From an uncultured Microthrixaceae bacterium (GTDB taxonomy: Bacteria; Actinomycetota; Acidimicrobiia; Acidimicrobiales; VFJN01), in contig CAWJWI010000004.1 in NCBI GenBank assembly GCA_963846555.1, positions 2,043,616 to 2,107,615 of the forward strand: a stretch of 64,000 bases of DNA. The letters run 5' to 3'. Position 1 is the stretch's first letter. Each line of letters starts with the position of its first letter. The position numbers and the translations under genes are program-made. Of this stretch, positions 27,801 through 38,075 are shown piece after piece. Under the pieces are notes generated by a model that was not told the DNA's origin, made no database searches, and was given only the letters and a program-made list of their open reading frames with translations.

Positions 27801-29103
27801 TCAGAGGGCTCGGGGTCGGAAGCGGTGCTCGAACGCAGACCGAACGCGTTGCTTGTCCGAATCAGGCAGATCGGCACGATCGTTGAGCACGGCGATCAGC
27901 TCAGCTTGTTCTCGCAACGCTGCCAGGGTGTCAGATGGGGCACTCCGCAAGGACACCTCGAGGAGACTGAGAACCTCGAGGAGGTAGATCTGGACCGTGG
28001 GCAACTCGGCGGATGCGAGCCGAACTTCATCAAAGGCCAGCTCGACAACCTTGCGGGGGGTGAACTGCTGATCGAGCATCACCACTCGCTCATCGTCGCC
28101 ATCACAACGCCGAGCTGGCGGGGTACGCGAGAGGAGTTCTCGCAACAGCGTCCCGAGGTGGAAGATCGCATCCTGGGCGGTCGTCGGGTCGTTTATGCCG
28201 GGTGACAACGCCTTCAGCGCGACGTCGGCAAGCTGTCGAACGCCGTAGGTCGCATCGTCACGCATCGTCCGGCTACGTCCGACGAGGACTGCCGCGCGCA
28301 CCGACCGCCGCACCGCCTCGGGGTCATCGGGAACGGGCAGCACGCGGCCGATCGGGGTACCCGCGATGGCGTACCGACCCGCCACTGTCTCGACCTGCAG
28401 CACCGTGGACGGGCCGATCGCTCTGAGAAGCGCGTCGGTGTCGATCTCTTGCACCCATCCGTCACAGTCGAAATCGATGACGCATGCCTCATCGCCTAGA
28501 GAATCGACGGGCGCGACCGACTCCGGTCCGCTCGACGCGTTCAGGCCACTGCGCGCGGATCTGTCGGAGCGCCTCCTGACTTGCATCGTGGAGGATCTCC
28601 GAGACATCCATCGTGTGGGCGCTATGACTGATGAACGCGACGATCGAGAGGATCGCGATCACCCCGAGGAGGACCGCGAGCCCTATGGAGATGCTTGGAA
28701 CGACAGGCTGCCCTCCCTCCTCCAACGGCCCCCGCACCGCCCGAAGCACGATGAGGCAGTAGGTGAACGTGCCGATGACGACGCCCATGACGCGCTTGTT
28801 GTACGGATCCCGAAACAGGCCATGCACCACCCGTGGCGAGTACTGCGACGACGCCAGTGAGATGAGCAGCAAGCTCACGGAGAAGGCGACGCCTGCGAAG
28901 CTGATGGTCGCACCCGCCACGACGCCCAGTACTGCTCGGGCGCTGTCGACGGTTGCCGTGAAGCGCACACTCACATCATCGATTCGGTCGTCCACCTCAA
29001 GGGCTGCCTGGCCGAGCACGAACCCCCCGACCACGAACAGCATCGGGACGTAGAAGAGGCTGCTCCGGACGCTCTCCTGCAGCGATTTGAACCTTGAGAG
29101 CAC
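27801..29103 (-). CDS. DUF2254 family membrane protein (one frame interruption)
   Basis: The N-terminal four-TM part (LFYVPMLFVVGGFVLG...SLASSQYSPRVVHGLFRDPYNKRVMGVVIGTFTYCLIVL...) is in ORF 28489..29226. The soluble C-terminal part (GVRQLADVALKALSPGINDPTTAQDAIFHLGTLL) is in ORF 27801..28607. The switch is near 28540. The GTG start at 29101-29103 is preceded by GGGAGG. Confidence 0.7.
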
Positions 29104-29200
29104 GAGGCAACCTCCCGAGTACGGCGACCCCGGGCTAGCAGAGCGTGCGTAGGGTAGGTCAACCGGAGGGCGTCTCGCCCCCGACACCCGGGCGCCGTCG

Positions 29201-29233
29201 ATCTCCGATGACGCAACCCCACGCATCGGAGAT
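29201..29233 (+). promoter_or_regulatory. Perfect 10-bp-stem hairpin that pairs with the glsB Shine-Dalgarno sequence
   Basis: ATCTCCGATG (29201-29210), a 13-nt loop, then CATCGGAGAT (29224-29233). The right arm contains GGAG at 29228-29231, 6 nt before the ATG at 29238. Confidence 0.45.
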
Positions 29234-29237
29234 CCTC

Positions 29238-29489
29238 ATGATCGGTTTCATCGTGTTCGGCTTGGTCGTTGGTGCAGTCGCTCGCCTGATCGTCCCCGGA
29301 AAGCAAGACTTGAGCGTCTTGGCCACGCTCATCCTCGGGCTAGCTGGGTCGGTCATCGGTGGCCTGGTTGCGAACGTCATCGGATCGGGCGACATCTTCG
29401 AGCTCAACATCATCGGCGCGATCGTCGCCTTCTTCTCTGCCGCATTGCTGATAGCGGCGGTCGAAGCGTCCGGCGTCGCCCGTCGATGA
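29238..29489 (+). CDS. GlsB/YeaQ/YmgE family stress-response membrane protein
   Basis: MIGFIVFGLVVGAVARLIVPGKQDLSVLATLILGLAGSVIGGLVANVIG matches the transglycosylase-associated (GlsB) family. I chose the start at 29238 because family members begin directly with the first TM helix. An in-frame ATG at 29208 is an alternative. Confidence 0.7.
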   Translation: MIGFIVFGLVVGAVARLIVPGKQDLSVLATLILGLAGSVIGGLVANVIGSGDIFELNIIGAIVAFFSAALLIAAVEASGVARR

Positions 29490-29490
29490 A

Positions 29491-30444
29491 GTGATGATTG
29501 GTTTCCGATCAGCGCAGCAACGTCTGCTCACCGTCGAGCCAGCCTCCGACGAGGTGAGCGAGTCCGCTAGGTCGATCTGGCGCACAGCTCTTGATGCCGG
29601 GCCGCGAGTAGGCGTTGCAGTTGCCATCGTTGTCGCCGGCTGGGCGCTGAGCCGGATCCTGCGCTGGGGGATGCACCGGGCTCTGGAGCGTCGCCGCACC
29701 CCGAGCTTTGCCCGAGTGATCAGCAAGGTCGTCGGCTGGACCGTGCTGACCATCGTGGTGCTCCTCGCCGTCGCGGTGACCTTTCCTTCGGTGCGGCCCG
29801 TGAACATCCTCGCCGGACTGGGCTTCTTCTCGGTCGCCGTCGGCTTTGCATTCCAGGACATCCTTGAGAACACGCTCGCCGGGATCCTTCTGCTGTTCCG
29901 TCAGCCCTTCCAGTCGGGTGATCAGATCAGTGTGGTCGGCTGCTCTGGCACCGTGACCGAGATCAACATCCGAGAAACGCGACTTCGCACCTTTGGCGGG
30001 GAGGTGGTCATCGTCCCCAATCGCGACGTCTACAAGGGCGTGATCCTGGTTCACACCGCCCACGAACATCGGCGACTGGAGTTCGCCGTGGGCATCGCTT
30101 ACGAGAACGAGGCCGACGAGGCCACGCAGCTCATCGTCCAAGCTCTCAACACCGTGCCTGCCGTGCTGTCAGAACCGCCTCCGTTGGCGCTCGTGAACGA
30201 GCTGGGCACCTCCACGGTGAACATTCGCGTCCTGTTCTGGGCGTCGTCCCACGCCGCAGACTCGATCGCCGCGACCGACGCCGCCATCAAGGCGGTCAAG
30301 TCATCCTTGGATGCCGCCGGGATCGAGCTTCCGGCGGATGTGGTTGTCCTCCAGGCGGCGCCGAGCTTCAAGGCCGCCGTGCAGGGTGACGCAGAGGTGA
30401 CCCCAGCTGGCGGGGTGAAGGGTGCTCCCGGCACGCATCAGTGA
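29491..30444 (+). CDS. Small-conductance mechanosensitive channel (MscS family)
   Basis: Intact 317-aa ORF with three TM helices and then the MscS core LAGLGFFSVAVGFAFQDILENTLAGILLLFRQPFQSGDQISVVGCSGTVTEINIRETRLRTFGGEVVIVPN. It starts immediately after the glsB stop. Confidence 0.85.
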   Translation: MMIGFRSAQQRLLTVEPASDEVSESARSIWRTALDAGPRVGVAVAIVVAGWALSRILRWGMHRALERRRTPSFARVISKVVGWTVLTIVVLLAVAVTFPSVRPVNILAGLGFFSVAVGFAFQDILENTLAGILLLFRQPFQSGDQISVVGCSGTVTEINIRETRLRTFGGEVVIVPNRDVYKGVILVHTAHEHRRLEFAVGIAYENEADEATQLIVQALNTVPAVLSEPPPLALVNELGTSTVNIRVLFWASSHAADSIAATDAAIKAVKSSLDAAGIELPADVVVLQAAPSFKAAVQGDAEVTPAGGVKGAPGTHQ

Positions 30445-31189
30445 TCGACGGCAACCAGCTCTGGCGAACAACAGAAGCACCGCGAGCAGCTCGAGCCTTC
30501 GGCAGCTTGCCTGCCCTCGACGCATCGTGCGGGAACCCCTCCATCGTGCCGCGAAACGATCACCGCTGCGACCGACATTCCGACGGCGGACTGCACCAAG
30601 TAGGGCGTCCAAGTCGACACCGACCATGCGAAGTGCAACGGACTTGGCAGCAGCTGGCGGCCCTGCGACCAATCCGACGACCACGCGGCTCGAGCGCAGC
30701 CAGACCAGCGGCGGTCATCCATCCGGCACGCAGGATTCGCGGCCGTATGGGCGCAGCGATGCACCGATCAGACCCGCTAGCGGCCCAGCTATCGCGGCGA
30801 ACACGAAGTAGATGCGGTTCGACGCGATGAGGGTCGACATCTCCGCCGGAAATCCTCCGCCTCGGAGATTCCCGGCGAGGAGCGAGTTCCCGCCAAAGCG
30901 CCATAGAAGGCCACCAGCGCGAGGCGCACAGGCCAGCGTTCCCATCGCTACGCCCTGTTTCCGGCTCGAGGTGGTGGCCCCAGCGAGGAATGGGACGATG
31001 AGCCACGGCGCGGCTCGAGGTTGCCGATGCCAGCGCGCAGCAGAGATCCGTCCCCCTTCACGAGCCCCATCAGCAGTCCGAAGGCAACCGAAGCGGCCAA
31101 GGCGAAAGCCCGTCGCCGGCGTGCCTTCTGGCGGCGGCTCGCAGGATCTTTCGAGCAGCTCTGGCTCGCGATGTCAGCCGAGGGTCCAC
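30438..31189 (-). pseudogene. Fragmented gene for a polytopic membrane protein (family uncertain, possibly DUF6518-like)
   Basis: No long ORF. Minus-strand pieces in three frames read MDPRLTSRARAARKILRAAAR / RRRAFALAASVAFGLLMGLVKGDGSLLRAGIGN / APWLIVPFLAGATTSSRKQGVAMGTLACA... / NRIYFVFAAIAGPLAGLIGASLRPYG. There are at least 3 frame switches, and both ends are uncertain. Confidence 0.3.
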
Positions 31190-31336
31190 TCGAGGTAGAG
31201 GGCAGGGTCGGTCACGGGTCGACGTTATCGATGGGGCTGGGCCAGTAGTGCCGACCGATCTGCCCGACCCGCTCCGTCGGCAACGACGTCAACCCCGCGG
31301 TTGGGAACGGCCGCGATCCATCGGGTCGATCGCGGT

Positions 31337-32716
31337 TCACCGCGGTGGAGGAAGGGCGCGAAGCACCTTCCACGTTCCGGGCACTCCCTTCAGCTCGTGG
31401 TCGCCCGCGTCTTCGAACTCAAAGTTGGAGCCTGCGACCAGGTCACGGACCGTACTGGTGACCATCACCTCGCGCGGCTGGGCCAAAGCGGAGACGCGGG
31501 CTCCGATGTGCACCGCCATCCCCGCGAGGTCATCACCACGGATCTCGCACTCCCCGGCGTGGACGCCAGCGCGCACGTGGAGCTGGATCGCCGCAGCCGC
31601 GTCGACGATGGCGTGCGCACATCGGATCGCCCGCGCGGGGCCGTCGAATGCGGCGAAGAACCCATCGCCGGTGGTGGACACCTCGGCGCCGCGAAATCGC
31701 TTCAGCTCCCGCCGCACGGCGGTGTCGTGTGCGTCGAGCAGCTCCCGCCAGCGTGCGTCGCCCATCCGGGCGGCGGTGCGTGTGGAGTCCACGATGTCGG
31801 TGAACAGCACCGTCTTGAGAGCACGATCCGGTTCCTGGGCGCGAGCCGTGCCCGTGAGGAACTCCTCCATCGCCTCCAGCACAGGGCCGTAGCGCTCCGG
31901 TCGCCACGTCACGTGGAAGTCACCGGGGATCTCGACGTACTGGGCACCCTTGATGTGCCGGGCGAGGTAGCGGGAGTGCTCCACGCTGATGAACGGGTCA
32001 CGGTCGCAGTGCATGATGAGGGTTGGCACGTTGATCGATGGCAGCACGGCCCGTACGTCGATCTCGACGTTCGCTCGCATGATCGAAGCGGCGACACCCG
32101 GCGTGCTCCCATGCCGCTCGAACCGAGCCGCCGCTGCCACGGCGTCGAGTCCGTCGGGCGGATCAGGCGCGTTCGCCGAGAGCAGGACACCCGTCCCCCA
32201 CAGCGATGGGATGGCCTCGATGAAGTCGGCCGCGGCTTCCGGCGACACACCGTGTGGATAGTCGGATCCCGACACCGCTCGGGCGAAGCTTGCGAAGAGC
32301 ACCAGCGACGTGACCCGGCTGGGGTACGACGCGGCGAACATCATGGACAGGGGACCGCCCTCCGACAGACCGACGAGAGCGGCTCGTTCGACGCCCGCAG
32401 CGTCCATGACCGCCCGAACGTCGTCCATGCGGTCTTCCAGCGCGCCCGCCCCCAATTGCCGGTCGGACAGGCCCGTGCCCCGCTTGTCGAAGGTGATCAC
32501 CCGACCAAACCTCGCCAAGCCCTCGATGAACCCGCTCACCGGGCTCGGCTCCCATTGCAGCTCGACGTGGGACACCCACCCTGGGACGTACACGATGTCC
32601 ACGTCGCCGTCGCCGACCACTTGATAGGCGATGCTCAGCTCGCCGCTCGTCGCGTAGCGGGTCTGTGGGCTCTGGCGCACCGCTTGATCATGGTCGTCCG
32701 GGCCTGCCGTCGCCAC
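31337..32716 (-). CDS. Alpha/beta-hydrolase fused to a class III adenylate/guanylate cyclase domain (Rv1900c/LipJ-like architecture)
   Basis: Intact 459-aa ORF. The N-terminal hydrolase carries HVELQW, FDKRGTGLSD and the nucleophile elbow GLSEGG. The C-terminal cyclase carries TVLFTDIVDSTRTAARMGD, TGDGFFAAFDGP, VRAGVHAGECE and GMAVHIGARV. Confidence 0.85.
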   Translation of the reverse strand: MATAGPDDHDQAVRQSPQTRYATSGELSIAYQVVGDGDVDIVYVPGWVSHVELQWEPSPVSGFIEGLARFGRVITFDKRGTGLSDRQLGAGALEDRMDDVRAVMDAAGVERAALVGLSEGGPLSMMFAASYPSRVTSLVLFASFARAVSGSDYPHGVSPEAAADFIEAIPSLWGTGVLLSANAPDPPDGLDAVAAAARFERHGSTPGVAASIMRANVEIDVRAVLPSINVPTLIMHCDRDPFISVEHSRYLARHIKGAQYVEIPGDFHVTWRPERYGPVLEAMEEFLTGTARAQEPDRALKTVLFTDIVDSTRTAARMGDARWRELLDAHDTAVRRELKRFRGAEVSTTGDGFFAAFDGPARAIRCAHAIVDAAAAIQLHVRAGVHAGECEIRGDDLAGMAVHIGARVSALAQPREVMVTSTVRDLVAGSNFEFEDAGDHELKGVPGTWKVLRALPPPR

Positions 32717-32943
32717 CTAACGTGCGCCTCGAAGTGCCGCCTCGGCGGAGGGTCGGTGCGTCATCCGGGGCACCCCTCCGCGACAACGAGTGGTTCCCCT
32801 CCGTGCCGCTGCGCCGCCACGAGGAGCAGGACGCCGGAGCCGGCAGCTCGCGCGAGCGCCCGGTGCCTCCTGGTGCTGCCCGCAGGCTTCGAGCACGACG
32901 CCGGCGGCAGGTGGCAGCACCTCCCGGGCAGGCCTCGGGCTGA

Positions 32944-35179
32944 CTAACCGCCGTGGCCGGGGACCACTCGGTACGCCTCGTAGACGCTGTCGATGCCTCG
33001 CAGCGTGGCGAGGAGGGCGTCGAGGTGGCTGGGGTCGGCCAGCTCGAACTCGAAGCGCATCTTGGAGACGCGATCCGTGCCGGTGTGGGTGGTGGCGCTC
33101 AGGATGTTGACGTGGTGGTCGCTCATCGACGACGCCACGTCCCGGAGGAGCCGGCCCCGGTCCAGGGCCTTGACCTCGATGGTGGCCACGAAGGTGCCCT
33201 CGTGGGATTCGTCCCAGTCGACGTCGATGAGGCGGTCGGCCTGACCCGCGGCGAGCGACACGGCGTTGGTGCAGTCCGCCCGGTGCACCGAGACGCCGCG
33301 GCCCACGCGTGACGAACCCGAGGATCTCGTCGCCGGGGACAGGCGTGCAGCAGCGGGACAGGCGCACCATGAGGTCGTCGAGGCCCTCGACGTGGACTCC
33401 GGCAGCCGGGCGCTTGCGGGACCCTGGCCGGCGCTGGCTGCGCACCGTCGTGGGGAGGATCTCGTCCTCCTCGTTGCTGGGGTCGACCTCCCGCATGATC
33501 TTGGCCACCCGAGCCGCGATGGCCTTGCCGGACACGTGGCTCTCGCCGACGGCCGCGTACAGCGCGTCGAGGTCGACGTAGTTGAGCTCCCGGGCCACAT
33601 CGTGGAGCAGGCTGCCCTGGGCGATCTTCTGCACGGGCAGGCCCTCGCGGCGCAGGGCCTTGGTGAGCTCGTCACGGCCGAGCTCGACAGCGTCCTCCCG
33701 CCGCTCCCGCGAGAACCAGTGACGGATCTTCGAGGCGGCCCGCGGCGTGGCCACGATGTGCAGCCAGTCGCGCGACGGACCGGCGCCCTCCACCTTCGAT
33801 GTGAAGATCTCGACGGAGTCGCCCGAGGACAGCTTCGAGTCGAGCGACACGAGGCGGCCGTTGACACGGGCGCCGATGCAGGCGTGGCCCACCTCGGTGT
33901 GGATGGCGTAGGCGAAGTCGATCGGCGTGGCCCCAGCGGCGAGGGTCACGACCTGGCCCTTCGGCGTGAAGACGAAGACCTCGTCCTGCTCGAGGTCGAT
34001 CTTCAGGTTGTTCATGAACTCGTCGGGGTCCGAGGTCTCGGACTGCCAGTCGATGATTCGGTTCAGCCAGGTGACGTCGGCCGCCGTCGAGCCGTTGACG
34101 TCCTTGTACTGCCAGTGGGCGGCCACGCCCTGCTCGGCCCGGGTGTGCATCTCCCAGGTGCGGATCTGCACCTCGAGGGGCTTGCCCTGCGGACCGACCA
34201 CGGTCGTGTGGAGCGACTGGTAGAGGTTGAACTTCGGCATCGCCACGTAGTCCTTGAAGCGGCCCTGCACCGGCTTCCAGGTGGCGTGGATCGACCCGAG
34301 GGCGGCGTAGCAGTCCTTCACGGAGTCGACGATGACCCGGATGCCCACCAGGTCGAAGATGTCGTCGAACTCTCGCCCCTTCACGACCATCTTCTCGTAG
34401 ATGGAGTAGAGGTGCTTCGGGCGGCCGGTGACCTCGGCGTTGATGCGCAGCTCGGCCAGGCGCTCGCGCACCTGCTCGAGCACCTGGGTCAGGTAGATGT
34501 CGCGCTCGGGGCTGCGGGTCGACACCATGTGGTCGATCTCGGCGTAGCGCTTCGGGTGCATCGCGGCGAAGGACAGGTCCTCCAGCTCTTGGCGCATCTC
34601 CTGCATGCCGAGGCGATGGGCCAGCGGGGCGTAGATGTCGATCGTCTCGCGGGCCGTGCGCTCCTGCTTCCACTCCGGCATGGCGGCGATGGTGCGCATG
34701 TTGTGCAGGCGGTCGGAGAGCTTGATGATCAGGACCCGCAGGTCCTTGGCCATCGCGACGAGCATCTTGCGCATCGAGGCGGCCTGCTGGGCCTCCTTCG
34801 TGTCGAACTTGATGCGGTCGAGCTTGGTGACGCCGTCGACGATGGCCGTGACATCACGACCGAAGTCGGCCTCGAGGTCGGCGATCGTGATGCCGGTGTC
34901 CTCCACCGCGTCGTGGAGGAGGGCGGCGGCGACCGTGACGTCGTCGAGGCCGAGGTCGGCCACGATGCGGGCCACGGCCAGCGGGTGCTGGATGTAGGGC
35001 TCACCCGACCGACGGGACTGGCCCCGATGGGCCTCGGCCGACGTGAGGTAGGCCTGGGTTATCAGCGCCGTGGAGGCCTTGGGGTGCCGGGCCCGGTAGG
35101 CGTCGAGCAACGGGGCGACCTCGTCCGCCGGAGGGCGCTCGTTGCGCCGCCAGGGCAGGACCCGATCGACCGTGGGCAT
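32944..35179 (-). CDS. relA: Bifunctional (p)ppGpp synthetase/hydrolase RelA/SpoT homologue (one frame interruption)
   Basis: Contains the HD domain (HRGQSRRSGEPYIQHPLAVA, LLHDAVEDT), the synthetase domain (RPKHLYSIYEKM, DLVGIRVIV, YQSLHTTV, EVQIRT), the TGS domain (VFVFTPKGQV) and the ACT-like end (ATIEVKALDRGRLLRDV). The frame switches at the CCC run 33302-33304 (GFVTRG | RGVSVHRADC). Confidence 0.9.
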
Positions 35180-35204
35180 GGCGTCAGGCTACCGGTCGGC
35201 CTGG

Positions 35205-36332
35205 CTAGCGCTTCTTGCCCTTCTTCCGAGGCCGCGGCGGGATGGGACGGCCCGAGAGGGGCGGAGCCTGCCCCCGGGTCACCGGAGCCTTGGGCGGGGT
35301 CGACGGGCTCGCAGCAGCCTCGGTGGGATCGGCGTCGGACGCACCCACCCGAGCCGGGATGGGGGCGTCGATCGGGCTCTTGAGCTGCTCGGCCCGGGCC
35401 CTGATCTGACGGTTGCGAGGCTCCTTCTCCTTGATCCACGCCACCACCGGGGAAGCGATGAGGATCGACGAGAACGCACCGATGAGGATCCCGACCGTGA
35501 GCGCGAGGGCGAACTCCTCGAGGGCTGCCGCGCCCATCACGTAGGTGCCGACGAAGAGCATCGCCACCACCGGGAGCAGAGCCGTGATCGTCGTGTTCAC
35601 CGAGCGCATCAGCACCTGGTTCAGCGAGCTGCTCACGATGTCCGTGTAGGTGAGCTTGCCGATGGCGCTCAGACGGGCCGAGTTCTCCTGCATCCGGTCG
35701 AAAACGACGATCGTGTCGTACAGCGAGTAGCCGAGGATCGTCAGGAAGGCGATCACCGTCGCCGGTGTGATCTCGATCTGGAACAGGGCGTAGATGCCGA
35801 CCGAGATGATGAGGTCGTGGACCACCGAGGCCAGCGCGCCGATGGCCATCTTCCACTCGAGCCGCCACGTGATGTACAGCGTGATGGCGAGGAAGAACCA
35901 GAGCATGGCCCTCAGTGCCTTGTCGGTGACCTGCTCGCCCCACGACGGTCCGACGGTCGAGATGCTGATGTCGGCGACCTCGACGCCGGCTGCTTCGGCC
36001 AGCACGTCGGCCACCTCGGAGCGGGTCTCGTCGTCGTCGGACTTGGACTGAACGCGCAGGACACGGGTGTCGCCCCGGCCGAGGTCTTGGATCTTGGCCC
36101 CCTCCTGGCCCACGTCGCCCAGGGCGTCACGGGCGTCGTCGACGCTGAGCTCGCGGGTGGGGACGTCCCAGGACGTGCCACCCTCGAAGTCGAGGCCGAG
36201 GTTGAGGCCCCGGCCGACGATGCCGAACAGGCTGGCCGCCAGGACCAGCAGCGACAGGGTGGTGCCGTACTTCCAGACCTTGCGGAAGTCGATGACGTCG
36301 TCATAGGACCGCATCTTCGAGATGAAGCTCAC
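35205..36332 (-). CDS. secF: Protein translocase subunit SecF (with a Pro/Lys-rich C-terminal tail)
   Basis: Intact 375-aa ORF with LGLDFEGGTSW and a six-TM SecF core. It has a ~75-aa basic tail ending in PRPRKKGKKR. Its start overlaps the secD stop. Confidence 0.9.
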   Translation of the reverse strand: MSFISKMRSYDDVIDFRKVWKYGTTLSLLVLAASLFGIVGRGLNLGLDFEGGTSWDVPTRELSVDDARDALGDVGQEGAKIQDLGRGDTRVLRVQSKSDDDETRSEVADVLAEAAGVEVADISISTVGPSWGEQVTDKALRAMLWFFLAITLYITWRLEWKMAIGALASVVHDLIISVGIYALFQIEITPATVIAFLTILGYSLYDTIVVFDRMQENSARLSAIGKLTYTDIVSSSLNQVLMRSVNTTITALLPVVAMLFVGTYVMGAAALEEFALALTVGILIGAFSSILIASPVVAWIKEKEPRNRQIRARAEQLKSPIDAPIPARVGASDADPTEAAASPSTPPKAPVTRGQAPPLSGRPIPPRPRKKGKKR

Positions 36333-37979
36333 GGCTGACCTCCCGGACGCATCCCCACGCCGAGCAGGTCGGGTCGGTGCCCCACCCGCTTGCTCTTGGC
36401 GAGGAACAGCACGAGGGGCCGCATGAACCAGTACGAGGCGATCATGTCGAGCACCGTGCCGATGGCGAGGAAGAGGGCGAAGCCGCGGACCGAGCCCACG
36501 GTCAGGACGTAGAGCAGCACAGCGCCGATGAGGGAGGCCATGTTGGCCGTCACGATGGTGCGAAAGGAGCTGTTGAAGCTGGCCGAGGCCACGCTGCGAG
36601 GGGTCCGGCCCTGCCAGACCTGTTCCTTGAAGTCCTCGTAGAACACCACGTTGGAGTCCACCGCCACACCGATCGAGACGATGATGCCGGTGATGCCGGC
36701 CAGCGTGAGGGCAAGGTCCCGCGTCTCGCCCATCCAGGCGATGATCGCCCAGAGCAGCCCGGCCGAGATGGCGAGGCTCCCGATGGCGACGAGGCCGAGG
36801 AGCCGGTAGTAGGCGATCAGGTAGAGCGACACGAGGGCCAGGCCGACGATGCCGGAGATGAGCCCGGCGCGCATCGAGTCGCTGCCGAGGGTGGCCGACA
36901 CCTCTCGGGTCTGCTGGATCTCGAAGGCGACGGGCAGGGAGCCGTAGCGGAGCACGAGGGCCAGGTCCTTGGCCTCCTGCTCGGTGAAGTCACCGCTGAT
37001 CTGGATCTGGTCCCGTTGGAAGCTGGCTTGCTGGATCGTCGGGGCCGAGATCACCTCGGAGTCCAAGACGATGGCCAGCTGGCCCGACGGGCAGTTCTGC
37101 GTGCGGCTGAAGCACTCCGCGGCCATGGCGTTGAACTGGTCGATGCTGTCACCGCCGCTGGATCACCAGGTCGACTGACCACTGCGTGGTGGCCAGCCGG
37201 GCGCTGGCGGTGGACACGATCTCGCCGGTCGCTCCGGCCGGTCCCAGCTGGTAGGTGAAGCTGATCTCGTCGTCGTCGCCGAGCTGAGCGAGGGTGACCG
37301 GGAGCTCCGGGTCGTCCTCGTCGCGCGGCGTGAGCTCGAAGCCAGTCGTCGGCTCGCCTGCAGGTGCGGCCGTGGTGGTCGTGGCGCTGTCGTCGGCTCC
37401 TGCGGTGGTCGTGGTGGCGGGAGCAGTGGTGCTCGTCGAGCCGTCCTGGAACGGCACCGCCCCGCCGGCGGTCGACTGACCGCTGACGTCGCCGGTGGTG
37501 GTCGTGGCGTCGTCGCCCGCCGTCGTGGTCGTGGAGGATCCGTCGCCGGCCGTGGTGGTGGTCGCGTCGGCGGCGGTGGTGGTGGTCGTGGTGGCGAGGA
37601 GGTCCTCGATGGAGCCCGGGATCGAGCTGAGAACGGGCCGGAAGCGCAGCTCAGCTGTCTGGCCCACGAGCTGTCGGGCCCGCTCACGGTCGGTGACGCC
37701 GGGGAGGCTGACGTCGATCGTGCTCCCCTGGCGGGTGATCTCGGGCTCGGCCACGCCGAGCGAGTCGACGCGGGAGCGGACGATCTCGATGGCCTGGTCG
37801 AGCACCTCGTCAGAGGTCTCCTCGACCGGCTGCAGGGTGACCGCGAAGCCGCCCTCCAGGTCGAGGCCCAGCTTCGGGCCCCAGCCTGCGGCCAGCACGC
37901 CGCCGAGCGCGCCCACGGTGATGGCGACGAGGAGGACGAGCGGGGCGAGGCCGGACCGCTTGAGGCGGTTGCGCCTCAT
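36329..37979 (-). CDS. secD: Protein translocase subunit SecD (one frame interruption; Thr-rich insertion)
   Basis: The N-terminal ORF 37149..37979 carries LGLDLEGGF, IVRSRVDSLGVAEPEITRQG and VGQTAELRFRPV. The C-terminal ORF 36329..37126 carries VLRYGSLPV and six TM helices. The switch is near 37145. Residues ~121-207 are low-complexity T/A/G/D. Confidence 0.88.
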
Positions 37980-38075
37980 CGAAGCACTGGGCCGGGCGCC
38001 GGCTGGGCCTGGGGGGACATCGGTTGCACTGCGTCTCCGTCTCGATGGTTCGGCTGGAACGGCCGAGGGGCGAGG

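Noticed and set aside
32717-32943. The 227-nt spacer between the hydrolase-cyclase start and the relA stop shows coding-like third-position GC bias on the plus strand (…LRDNEWFPSVPLRRHEEQDAGAGSSRERPV / LLVLPAGFEHDAGGRWQHL…).
   Set aside because: There is no start codon in a consistent frame. The signal needs a frame switch, the peptide has no recognisable motif, and the opposite strand scores similarly. It may be a gene remnant, but I cannot support calling a feature.
37294-37687. Repetitive ACC/ACG/GTG-rich DNA that could be mistaken for a tandem-repeat or CRISPR-like array.
   Set aside because: It has no regular repeat-spacer periodicity. It lies in-frame within secD and simply encodes the Thr/Ala/Gly-rich linker.
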